Below are positions 17,851 through 27,449 of a stretch of DNA of 51,311 nucleotides, one piece after another; positions within the stretch are counted from its first letter, which is position 1, and each line of letters opens with the position of its first letter. The DNA is from Clostridia bacterium (GTDB lineage: Bacteria > Bacillota > Clostridia > Christensenellales > UBA1242): positions 1 to 51,311 of the forward strand of contig JAGAKV010000059.1 in the NCBI GenBank assembly GCA_017625505.1. Direction: 5' to 3'. The notes beneath the pieces are model-generated. The model searched no databases and was not told the DNA's origin. It worked only from the letters and a program-made list of their open reading frames with translations. The position numbers were made by a program, and so were the translations under genes.

Positions 17851-20800
17851 ATGGCAAACACAACCATCAACAACAAAATTATTAAAAACGGTCAAACAAT
17901 CAATCAACCAGTCACACTTATCGAAAACGGAGACAAACTTTTAAGTTATGCTCTTGGAGCAGATGAGTTTTTCGCAATCGAAAAAAGTGGTTCAAAATAT
18001 AAATTGACTTTCACCCCATTTGGCAAAAGCCAACTTAAACTTCCAGCAGACATTGGAGAGATCACCCTTGACGACAGGGCTGTTTCTCTTTTGCCTAAAA
18101 AGGTGGACAAAAAGACAACAATCGGACAGGAAATTGAGCTTAGCGTGTCAATCAATGGCAACCAAAGCACACTGAAAGCCAACGCTGAATCAGTTTCGCT
18201 TGTTGGAAGCCAGTCAACATATATTTATCAGGCACAAGCAGGACAAGGCCTTGGCATCAATATTTCACAACAGGCAATTGCAATGGCCTTTGGACAAGGC
18301 AAACTTTTTGCCAATGCCCCAACTGCATACAACGCGGATTTTCTCCTTCCTCTTCTTAGGGTTGTTATGCCATCACTGCCAAACAAAAGTGGAAGCATAA
18401 AAATAGGAAATTTCACCCTTCATACAATTAAGTCTTCTCAAGATACCCCTAATTTACTCATTCAACCAAACGGAGGAACCCCTTACCTATTCTCTGGCTC
18501 AGTTTTCCACGCCATTTCTACCTTTATTCCCCTTCACGATAATGGCAAACCATATTTATGCATTGACGGCGCTGGTTTGAAACAACGCGGGCTTGAACTT
18601 CCTACACAAGGCAACAACCTTACAGCAAAAGCGAAGGAGATTATTGATATCATCAGTAATCATGCCACCCTTCAATATGATACAAAGACAAGCGAGACAG
18701 AGGAACAGGCAAGAAAAGCAGCAGGGAAAACTTTCCAAACAAATAAGGGAGATCTTTTCTTTGAGTCGAAAGATACAAGAATTCTTTACGAAATTACAAG
18801 AGATTTTACAGGCAGTAAATATGCGCTTGACAGGGAAAAAACCGCTCAACCAGTAAACGCAAACCCTGAAATTATACAGCAACTTCAAGATGTCGGAATT
18901 GCCCTCAATAATATTCGTACAGAACAAGAAAAGATTGTGATTGCAATTGATAAAAACACACAACTTACTGAGCAACAAATTAATAGAATTATTCAAACAA
19001 TCAACACCTCAAACGCAAACATTCAGGTGACTGGCAATGACGAAAGCATGCAAAGGCTTCGCTTAAATACAGCAAGCCTTTCAAGTCAGCTAAAAGATTT
19101 TTCTGTTCAAGAGGCAAACAATCGTACAATTTTCCAAATCAGCGAGTGGAGTAAAAACATTTCAGACAACAACATAATAAGGTTGCTTCGTTCTTTTGTT
19201 GCAAACATGCAAGCACAGCAAAAAAAGCTTGAAGCGTTTGCCGCTAAAGATCCTAAACGGGATGCCGACTATAATGCACATAACGCATACATGATTAACG
19301 CATTTAAGGACATAGAAAAAACATATGCCGAACTTACGGCATTAAACATTCGTGATGGGGAAACACTTGCGCTTGATATGCTGCTTAAAAACTATAAAGA
19401 AAGGTTAAACACATACAATAAAAACTTCGCCGCAAGCAAGCCTGCCCCTACCCCAGAAAGAGACTTCTCCACCTTCAATTTAGTTGAAATCATTCAAGAA
19501 GGAGATGTCTACATCGCCGAGCTAAACAACCGATATGCAAGTGACGCTGCAATCACAGCAAGCCTTGACAACATTTCAAACGCTCTGAGCGGAATACAAA
19601 ACATCTTGACCGAACTTGACAGAAATCCTGCAAACACAACAGAACTTCTTGCGACGTTTAATCAACACATTACAAACCTTAACACTTCAATCACGCAGAT
19701 AAACTCACTCAATATCTCCGCAGAAGAGAAAGAGGCTCTTAAATCTCTTGGCGAATCTGCTCGCGAAAAAGGTAAAGAAAAAGAGCAAGAAGCGAAGGGA
19801 AAATACGAAGAGCACGTTGAAAAAGAAAAAAAGGCTGAAGAAGAGCGCAAAGAAAAAGAAAAGAAAGAACAAGAAGAAAAAGAGAAAAAAGAAAAAGCTG
19901 CAAAGAAAGCACCTAAAGCAAAGGAATACGACTGGAAAAAACAAGTCGAGACAGCAAGCACTTCTCTTATGGCGCTCGCAGGCATTCTTGCAGTAGGAAT
20001 TCTCATCCCTGGACTTGGCGGACTGTTTGTTGCTCTCTCTATTGCCACCATGGCTACAGCTGTCGTTACAAAAGTTTATTCTGATAAATTTAAATTTAAA
20101 ATCTATGAAGATGCCAACCGAGAGCTTACCGCAGCTGAAAAAGAAGAAGCTGAAGACGCTGAAGCAATCGAAAAATTCCTAGAAAATGAAAAAACGCTTG
20201 ACCAAAATCAAGAAAAAGTAAGCGAACTTGCCGCAAAAGTTCGTAAAGAAATGGAGAACGAATCTTCTCCTATCCATGAGATTTCAAACGTATATGAACA
20301 ACATGGCATTGGTTTCAATATAACATCAAACGACTCTCAAACAAGGGTAGACCAACTTCTTGGTCTTGATGGACACAACATTAGAGAATCTATGGCAGAT
20401 GGGCTTGAGCTTATTGCCTCATCACCAGATGCAACTAGAAACACTGCTGTAAGAACCTTTATAAGACAACATTTTTCTCAAGATATGCCAGAGGAAGATC
20501 GCAAGAAACTTGAGATGGCTTTGACAAATAGAAATAATTTTGATACATTTAGGACTTTTGCTGCTTCAATTTCTGCATTAAATGAAGAAGAAAAGAACTT
20601 GCTTGACACTATGACTAAAGGTCAAAAAGTTGATGTCGGAACAATGCCTGAACGTAGACTGGGAAAACTTCTTTCAAGCCCTATGAGTTGGCAAGAACGC
20701 GAAAAGATTCTTGAAAGATATGGTTCTACTATTTTAAAACGCTTTGCACTTCAAAACACAATCAGTCAAGAAAAAATTGAAAATTTATTCAAAGGACTTA

Positions 20801-23800
20801 CTGAAGAAGAAAAAACTCTCGCAACTCGCAAAATGCAAGAAATTGGCGGTCATATGCAAGATCAAATGGACGCAATCAAAAGCCTTGCAGATGAAATTGG
20901 TGTTAAAAATGAACAACTCAACAATATTTCTGCATACGCAACAGTTTTAGACACATTACAACCAGATTTCAATATTTCTTCACTAAGCGAACTTGAAGCA
21001 AGTTCTACAGAATATCTTCAACTGCAGTCTTTTAAAACAAATCAAATGCTAGCTGAGAAAACAATGCAACAAATTGGTACTCCTGTCAGACCAAAAGATC
21101 GGATTGTTTTAAATGCCGCCACTTCTGCAACAGGCGCAGAAGTGTTGCAAAGCAGTATTAGACAAACCTACATTGATATAATTAATATGGCAAAAGAGCA
21201 AGGAATTCTTGATGATCTTGCAAAACAATTTGCCCTTACACCAGAGCTTACTGCAAAGATTACCACTAATCCACTTTCTGCGGACAGCAAAACTATCGAA
21301 AAGATTGCGGCAATTGCAACATCAAAACCAGAAAAACCAGAATATAGCACGCTTGCTGCAAATATCCAGACACTCGCAAATCAACGTAAAGAACTTTCGG
21401 TAGTAGACATTAAAAACTTCTGCCAAGCAATTGAAGCTTCCATCACGCCGAGCTTTTTGAATACATTCAACAATTCAGCAGAGCGACAATATAACAAGGC
21501 CATGACAGAAAACTCTCAAGACACAAGCCCTTACGCCCAAGAGTTTAAGGCTTTCGCTGGAAGAAAAGAGGCAATAGTCACCGCCATAAAATGTAAAATG
21601 ATCCTTGCACATAATCTCAGCTGTGCAACAAACAAGAACATTAAAGAACACTATCAATACTGTCAAAAAATCTACGCTAACATTTTAGACGGTTCAATTG
21701 CAGAAATGCAAATGGCAAATCTTGAAAATGAATCTATGGGATTAAGCGATGACGCAGTTGCTGTTATTGATGGAGAAATTGCAAACGCCGCTACAGGCCT
21801 TGAAAGTAACGTTGATGGTTACCGCAACATGGAAAACTCAATCTATGGTCTATTTACGCCAAAAACACGTCAACTGCTTAAAGAGAACATCAACGTAAGG
21901 TTAAATATTGGAGAAGCAAACATCGATTCTCTTCAACAATCTTATGGTGCATTCGTAACAGCTTGGGGACAGGCATTAAACGGCAACCTCACAGAACTTG
22001 AGCGTTTTCTTCAAGAACCTGCAACCGAAGAGGCTAAGGCCGCATATGCGGAAAAAATATCCGATCTTGAAAAGATGGGAATCAATGTAAAAGAACTTAA
22101 GAAAAAATTTGTTGATCTTGACATTGACAGAACAAAACAAGATTTGGCAAAACTCGTCACTCATGACAATTTCAAGTTTGCTGCCGATCATGAATCTGTT
22201 GATACAATCATCTCGCTTCTTACAAATGTAAATCCAGTTACCGGGAAAACAAACAAAACAAAAACTTCTTACAATTCTCTCATGACAGAATTACAAGGAC
22301 TTGGGATTGATGTTCCTCTGATTATTAGAAACTCTGCACAGATTGCTCCACTGCTCAAAGAAATCAATCAAGAGAGATCAAAAGAAAGCGTCGAGAAACT
22401 TAAAGACATCGCAGAATTCAAACATCTTGTTGAAAGAAATAACACAGAAGACAAAATAACAACAAATACAGCTGAAGTCATTGCTCTTATGACGCCTCCT
22501 TCGTCTAGTGCCCCAGAAAACGCAGACACAATCGCTTACAATAAACGCATGGAGGCACTTACACTTGCTGGTGTTAATCCTGAAGAAATAAAAAATGAAA
22601 TCAAGAAACTTAAAACTAAGACAAACTTTAAAAAGTTGTCCTCAGTACATGGCTTCAAAAAGCACGTTGACGACGTGAACATAGAAGCAATATTAAGATT
22701 ACTGACGATTCCAGACGAGTCCGCGCCAGCGTCTCAAAAGGAAAAATATAGAAAACTGGAACAAACTTTGAAGAACAATGGCATAAATCTCAACGCATTA
22801 AGAAAAGAACTTCAAGAGTTTAATAAGAGATATGCAATCCATCAACTTGAAGAGTCTCTCTTGAATCCACAACACTCTTCAACATTCAGCGAGTATGACG
22901 ATGTTGCCCGCGAAGTTCAATCTACGATTGGACAAAAAGGTTACGCTGCACTTGCAAATTTACTTACTCCTCCTACGGGCAAAAAAGTAAGTCCTGCAGA
23001 AACAGCAGAATACAACAGACGATCACGCGCTCTCAGCACAGCAGGCGTTGACGTAGAACTACTTCGTTTACATCCTGAACTTATCAAACCAGTGCTTGAA
23101 AGCATTGAAAAAGATAGACAAGATAAAGCAAATGGCATTACACCTGCGACGCCTATAACTGTTGATCAAAAACAATGGGAAATTGTTGCTAATTTGAATA
23201 CAACTGAAGCTGCCATGCACTACACTACTCTCGGAAATCAATTAATTAGCGACGAGTCTCAACGCACTGAATTCTACACAATTGTCAAAGAAGAACTTAA
23301 GAAGCTGTTTGGAACAATGAAGATTGACCAGGTTGATAGAACAGCGGACGTGGTAATTAAAAATTGCACTGAAAATGGCGTTTTTGATATAAAGAAATTC
23401 TTTGCTTATCTCGAGAATCATCATGCAGACTTCAACACTCGAAACGACCTTGAACTTTCATGTATAACTAGAGATTTAGGTACCAACTATACAGAAGAAT
23501 TACTTTCAACTTTTCTTGGAAACGAAGACCAACGAAAAGAAATCTCATTTATGCAATCCACAAATGATCAATTTGTACAAGCTTGGGAAAAAGCATCAAA
23601 AAATGGTGATTTCGACGAATTGAGAAAACTTCTTGCACAACCTGATTCCAATGCAAGCAACAAAGAAAAGATTGCTTACCAAGACAAAATTAAAATGCTG
23701 GAAAGTTTTGGAATTGATGTAAAAGAAATCCAAGATAATTTAACACAATTAGATACCAAATCTGCTGCAGAACCTACAAAAGCTGATGCTGCTGTTGAAG

Positions 23801-24519
23801 CAACAAAACAAGCCTTTTCAAAGATTGAAAAAGTCTCAGGATATTCACAGCTTGGCAAAGAGGCAATTGGTGCAAAGTTTGTTGAGCTTGAAGAAGCAAT
23901 CAATATGTCAAAAGCAGAAAGCAACGCTGATCGCCAGTATATTGAAGCTCTTTCAAGAGCGGATCGTGCAGCAAGCGATGCAACAACATTTATGGAAAAA
24001 TACAAAGCGATTGCTTCGCTTCAAGGCAAAAAAATAGGTCATAAAGCTTTAACTGAAAAAGATGTTAAAAACATTCTAAGAAACTTTGCAAGTGGAGAAA
24101 GAAACAAAATTGTCGACATACCTGCACTTCAAGGACTTATGTTCTCTAGAAAAGATGTTGAACTGATTCAAAGAATTGGATTATCGGAAAAATCATTAAC
24201 AACTTTATCAACACAAGAAGTCACAAAACATGTACGAAACTTTGTTACTAAAGAAACCGAACAGCTGCGCAAACTAGAAAGAAAAGAAGACAAGAAGAGC
24301 GCTGGCAAAACATCGGCAAATCTTGAAGAATCAAGAAAACCTAGTCAAGTTAAAAATAAAATCTCCATTCTCTGTCAAATCTTTGCAAATATGGAAGTGA
24401 AAAATGAAATTGAAAAAGAGCAAAAGAGAAAAGAACTTGAAGCAGAGTTTGGGAGAGAATATGTAGAAAACGCAGAAAATATCGTAGAAAATAGTCACGA
24501 ACATGAAAATGAAGCGTAA
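17851..24519 (+). CDS. Giant (2222 aa) hypothetical protein: helical/coiled-coil, central hydrophobic hairpin, internal repeats
   Basis: Uninterrupted 6.7-kb ORF with promoter and SD; no recognisable catalytic motif or signal peptide. Confidence 0.85.
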   Translation: MANTTINNKIIKNGQTINQPVTLIENGDKLLSYALGADEFFAIEKSGSKYKLTFTPFGKSQLKLPADIGEITLDDRAVSLLPKKVDKKTTIGQEIELSVSINGNQSTLKANAESVSLVGSQSTYIYQAQAGQGLGINISQQAIAMAFGQGKLFANAPTAYNADFLLPLLRVVMPSLPNKSGSIKIGNFTLHTIKSSQDTPNLLIQPNGGTPYLFSGSVFHAISTFIPLHDNGKPYLCIDGAGLKQRGLELPTQGNNLTAKAKEIIDIISNHATLQYDTKTSETEEQARKAAGKTFQTNKGDLFFESKDTRILYEITRDFTGSKYALDREKTAQPVNANPEIIQQLQDVGIALNNIRTEQEKIVIAIDKNTQLTEQQINRIIQTINTSNANIQVTGNDESMQRLRLNTASLSSQLKDFSVQEANNRTIFQISEWSKNISDNNIIRLLRSFVANMQAQQKKLEAFAAKDPKRDADYNAHNAYMINAFKDIEKTYAELTALNIRDGETLALDMLLKNYKERLNTYNKNFAASKPAPTPERDFSTFNLVEIIQEGDVYIAELNNRYASDAAITASLDNISNALSGIQNILTELDRNPANTTELLATFNQHITNLNTSITQINSLNISAEEKEALKSLGESAREKGKEKEQEAKGKYEEHVEKEKKAEEERKEKEKKEQEEKEKKEKAAKKAPKAKEYDWKKQVETASTSLMALAGILAVGILIPGLGGLFVALSIATMATAVVTKVYSDKFKFKIYEDANRELTAAEKEEAEDAEAIEKFLENEKTLDQNQEKVSELAAKVRKEMENESSPIHEISNVYEQHGIGFNITSNDSQTRVDQLLGLDGHNIRESMADGLELIASSPDATRNTAVRTFIRQHFSQDMPEEDRKKLEMALTNRNNFDTFRTFAASISALNEEEKNLLDTMTKGQKVDVGTMPERRLGKLLSSPMSWQEREKILERYGSTILKRFALQNTISQEKIENLFKGLTEEEKTLATRKMQEIGGHMQDQMDAIKSLADEIGVKNEQLNNISAYATVLDTLQPDFNISSLSELEASSTEYLQLQSFKTNQMLAEKTMQQIGTPVRPKDRIVLNAATSATGAEVLQSSIRQTYIDIINMAKEQGILDDLAKQFALTPELTAKITTNPLSADSKTIEKIAAIATSKPEKPEYSTLAANIQTLANQRKELSVVDIKNFCQAIEASITPSFLNTFNNSAERQYNKAMTENSQDTSPYAQEFKAFAGRKEAIVTAIKCKMILAHNLSCATNKNIKEHYQYCQKIYANILDGSIAEMQMANLENESMGLSDDAVAVIDGEIANAATGLESNVDGYRNMENSIYGLFTPKTRQLLKENINVRLNIGEANIDSLQQSYGAFVTAWGQALNGNLTELERFLQEPATEEAKAAYAEKISDLEKMGINVKELKKKFVDLDIDRTKQDLAKLVTHDNFKFAADHESVDTIISLLTNVNPVTGKTNKTKTSYNSLMTELQGLGIDVPLIIRNSAQIAPLLKEINQERSKESVEKLKDIAEFKHLVERNNTEDKITTNTAEVIALMTPPSSSAPENADTIAYNKRMEALTLAGVNPEEIKNEIKKLKTKTNFKKLSSVHGFKKHVDDVNIEAILRLLTIPDESAPASQKEKYRKLEQTLKNNGINLNALRKELQEFNKRYAIHQLEESLLNPQHSSTFSEYDDVAREVQSTIGQKGYAALANLLTPPTGKKVSPAETAEYNRRSRALSTAGVDVELLRLHPELIKPVLESIEKDRQDKANGITPATPITVDQKQWEIVANLNTTEAAMHYTTLGNQLISDESQRTEFYTIVKEELKKLFGTMKIDQVDRTADVVIKNCTENGVFDIKKFFAYLENHHADFNTRNDLELSCITRDLGTNYTEELLSTFLGNEDQRKEISFMQSTNDQFVQAWEKASKNGDFDELRKLLAQPDSNASNKEKIAYQDKIKMLESFGIDVKEIQDNLTQLDTKSAAEPTKADAAVEATKQAFSKIEKVSGYSQLGKEAIGAKFVELEEAINMSKAESNADRQYIEALSRADRAASDATTFMEKYKAIASLQGKKIGHKALTEKDVKNILRNFASGERNKIVDIPALQGLMFSRKDVELIQRIGLSEKSLTTLSTQEVTKHVRNFVTKETEQLRKLERKEDKKSAGKTSANLEESRKPSQVKNKISILCQIFANMEVKNEIEKEQKRKELEAEFGREYVENAENIVENSHEHENEA

Positions 24520-24606
24520 AAACATTTTCTCTAAAACTTAATAACATTGTTTAAGCAGTTTGATTTTTCTCAAACTGCTTCAACTTTAAAAGGATACAAA
24601 CTAAAA

Positions 24607-25701
24607 ATGAAAATAGGAGTTGTTGGTTTGCCAAACGTTGGCAAAAGTACACTATTTAACGCTATAACAAACGCAGGCGCAGAAAGCGCAAACTACCCTT
24701 TCTGCACAATCGAACCAAACATTGGAATTGTTGACGTGCCAGACGAAAGACTTAATGTTCTTGGCAAGATGTACAACACACAAAAAATCACTCCAGCAGC
24801 AATTGAATTTGTTGACATTGCTGGACTTGTTGCAGGCGCAAGCAAGGGCGAGGGACTTGGAAACAAGTTCCTCAGTCACATTCGTGAAGTTGATGCAATC
24901 GTACACGTGGTAAGATGTTTCGAAAATGACAAAATTATTCACGTAAGCGGAAGCATCGATCCTCTTCGCGACATTGAAGTGATCAATTTAGAGCTTGCCC
25001 TTGCCGACCTTGAACAAGTGACTAAAAAGCTTGAAAAGGATGAAAAACTAGTTAAAACAGGCGACAAGTCACTTATCGCTGGCGTAAATCTTATGAGAAG
25101 AATCAAGGAAGCACTTGAAAACAATCTTCCAGCTCGCTCTGTTGAAGTTGAAAATGAGGATGAAGAAAAACTTCTTAAAAATCTTCAGCTTCTCTCTGCA
25201 AAACCTGTCATCTATGTAGCCAATATTGGCGAAGATGAAGTGGGCAAGCAAGAAAATGACCTTGTTTCAAAAGTGCGAGGCTTCGCAGAAAAAGAAAACG
25301 CCAAAGTAATCTCTCTTTCCGCAAAAATTGAGGAAGAGCTTGTCTCTCTTGATCCTGAAGAACGCGACATGTTTAAGGAAGAGCTTGGCATCAAAGAAAG
25401 CGGGCTTGAAAAGCTTGTCTCTGCAGGATATGATTTACTGGGACTTATGAGTTATCTTACCGCTGGCGAAAAGGAAGTACGTGCATGGACAATTACCAAA
25501 GGCACAAAAGCTCCTCAAGCAGCTGGAAAAATTCACACTGACTTTGAAAAGGGCTTTATTAAAGCAGAAATTGTTTCGTATAACGACCTCATTGAAGCCG
25601 GTTCATTTCTCAAAGCAAAAGAGAAAGGCAAAGTGCGCATGGAAGGCAAAGAGTATGTTGTTCAAGACGGCGATATTATTCTATTTAGATTTAACGTGTA
25701 G
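24607..25701 (+). CDS. ychF: Redox-regulated ATPase YchF
   Basis: [37 protein letters not shown] domain ending FRFNV; start moved to ATG 24607. Confidence 0.98.
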   Translation: MKIGVVGLPNVGKSTLFNAITNAGAESANYPFCTIEPNIGIVDVPDERLNVLGKMYNTQKITPAAIEFVDIAGLVAGASKGEGLGNKFLSHIREVDAIVHVVRCFENDKIIHVSGSIDPLRDIEVINLELALADLEQVTKKLEKDEKLVKTGDKSLIAGVNLMRRIKEALENNLPARSVEVENEDEEKLLKNLQLLSAKPVIYVANIGEDEVGKQENDLVSKVRGFAEKENAKVISLSAKIEEELVSLDPEERDMFKEELGIKESGLEKLVSAGYDLLGLMSYLTAGEKEVRAWTITKGTKAPQAAGKIHTDFEKGFIKAEIVSYNDLIEAGSFLKAKEKGKVRMEGKEYVVQDGDIILFRFNV

Positions 25702-25709
25702 GAACAGCT

Positions 25710-26114
25710 ATGGAACAAGAGACTTTTAAAAAATTATTAAACACAAATCTTCTTCCGCTTGCGTTTGTTGGTGACAGCGTACATACACTATTCGTGCGTG
25801 AATATGTTTTGTCTACACCAAATAGAAAAATAGAAAACTATCATACGGTTGCATCAATGCACTGCAAGGCTTCTTCACAAGCCAAAGCACTTGAATATAT
25901 CACTCCTCTTTTAACGGAAGAAGAAAGTGAAATTGTAAGACGCGGCCGCAATGCCAAGCCAAAACATCACGCCAAAAATGCTGAGCGCGGCCAATATAGT
26001 CACGCAACCGCATTTGAAGTTTTGATTGGCTGGCTGCACCTTTCAAATCAAAAAGAAAGATTAAATGAAATTTTAGCTTTATCTATTAAAGCGATTGAAA
26101 ATAAAGGAAATTAA
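25710..26114 (+). CDS. mrnC: Mini-ribonuclease III
   Basis: LAFVGDSV, RRGRN, ATAFEVLIG; precedes rlmB. Confidence 0.9.
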   Translation: MEQETFKKLLNTNLLPLAFVGDSVHTLFVREYVLSTPNRKIENYHTVASMHCKASSQAKALEYITPLLTEEESEIVRRGRNAKPKHHAKNAERGQYSHATAFEVLIGWLHLSNQKERLNEILALSIKAIENKGN

Positions 26115-26115
26115 T

Positions 26116-26838
26116 ATGTTTATTGAAGGAAAAAACGCAGTTAAACAGGCGCTTGAAAGCGGCGCAACGATCAACAAAATCACCATCGACAAAAATTATC
26201 AATCACGAAAGGATGACATCATCAATCTTGCATTCAAAAGCAAGATCAGAGTTGAATTTTTGCCAAAAAGTGTGCTTGATTCTCGCTCAAAAACAGGACA
26301 TCACCAAGGATACATTGCCGAGGCTGTTGATTTTGAATACTCGACGATTGAAGACATTTTAAATGTAAGTAAAGAAAAAAGCACCATGCCTTTCATTGTT
26401 CTGCTTGACGGCATTGAAGATCCTCATAATTTTGGAGCAATCATCCGAAGCTGTGAGTGCGCAGGCGTTGACGGAATAATTATTCCTAAAAATCGCGCTG
26501 TGCAGGTAAATGAAACAGTTATTCGCACAAGCACTGGGGCAATCTCAAATATGAAAATTGCCAAAGTAACTAATCTTAAAGATGCAATCTCTACTCTTAA
26601 AGAAAACGACGTATGGGTGTTTGCAGCTGAAGCAAACGGCGAGAGCATCTATACTAAAAATCTCAACATTCCGCTTGCTCTTGTAATCGGCTCTGAAGGC
26701 TTTGGCGTAAAGAAAACGCTGCTTTCTTATTGCGACGGAGTATTGTCGCTTCCACTTCTTGGCAAGGTAAATTCACTTAATGCCTCAGTCGCCTGCGGAA
26801 TTTGTGTCTTTGAAGCACTGAGACAACGAAACAAATAG
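26116..26838 (+). CDS. rlmB: 23S rRNA (Gm2251) 2'-O-methyltransferase, SPOUT family
   Basis: HQG, LDGIEDPHNFGAIIRS, IGSEGFG, SLNASVA; start at ATG 26116. Confidence 0.93.
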   Translation: MFIEGKNAVKQALESGATINKITIDKNYQSRKDDIINLAFKSKIRVEFLPKSVLDSRSKTGHHQGYIAEAVDFEYSTIEDILNVSKEKSTMPFIVLLDGIEDPHNFGAIIRSCECAGVDGIIIPKNRAVQVNETVIRTSTGAISNMKIAKVTNLKDAISTLKENDVWVFAAEANGESIYTKNLNIPLALVIGSEGFGVKKTLLSYCDGVLSLPLLGKVNSLNASVACGICVFEALRQRNK

Positions 26839-26852
26839 GAGAAAAGCAAAAA

Positions 26853-27449
26853 ATGATCGATGAGGAATTATCATTAATGGCGCAAAATGGTGACGAGACT
26901 GCCCTTAACGACCTGCTTCAAAGATATAAGTCACTAGTCAACAAAATCTCGAGAAGTTATTTCCTTTTAGGCGGAGAAATTGAAGATATTGTACAAGAGG
27001 GCATGATTGGACTGTATAAAGCCATTAAAAACTTTTCTACAAGCAAAAACGCCTCTTTTAAAACATTCGCCGCCACCTGCATAAAGCATCAAATTCAAAC
27101 TGCTGTTAAAATGGCAAGCTCTGAGCGTAATAAAGTTTTATCAACCGCCATTCCCATCGCAGAAAAAGTATCTCACGACGAAAATGAGGAAGAAGTGATT
27201 GAAATTATTGTGCCATCCTCCCTCCCTTCGCCAGACGACCAAGTGCTTGAAAAGGAAAACTTTAGCGAAATTAAAAAATCAATTATTAAAACGCTATCCC
27301 CTTTAGAACTGAAGATTTTCGCTCTCTATCTTAAGGGGTATAGCTACAACGAAATATCCAATCTCGCTGGAATCAGCAAAAAAAGTATTGATAATGGGCT
27401 GTCAAGAATAAAAAACAAACTAGCCTTTTTGAAAAAGGAGAAATTATGA
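26853..27449 (+). CDS. sigH: RNA polymerase sigma factor, SigH family
   Basis: EDIVQEGMIGLYKAI, SFKTFA, GYSYNEI, KSIDNGLSRIK; conserved mrnC-rlmB-sigH order. Confidence 0.88.
   Translation: MIDEELSLMAQNGDETALNDLLQRYKSLVNKISRSYFLLGGEIEDIVQEGMIGLYKAIKNFSTSKNASFKTFAATCIKHQIQTAVKMASSERNKVLSTAIPIAEKVSHDENEEEVIEIIVPSSLPSPDDQVLEKENFSEIKKSIIKTLSPLELKIFALYLKGYSYNEISNLAGISKKSIDNGLSRIKNKLAFLKKEKL

Noticed and set aside
17851-24519. Phage tape-measure protein or prophage
   Set aside because: No phage genes adjacent; flanked by secA and ychF with its own SigA promoter.
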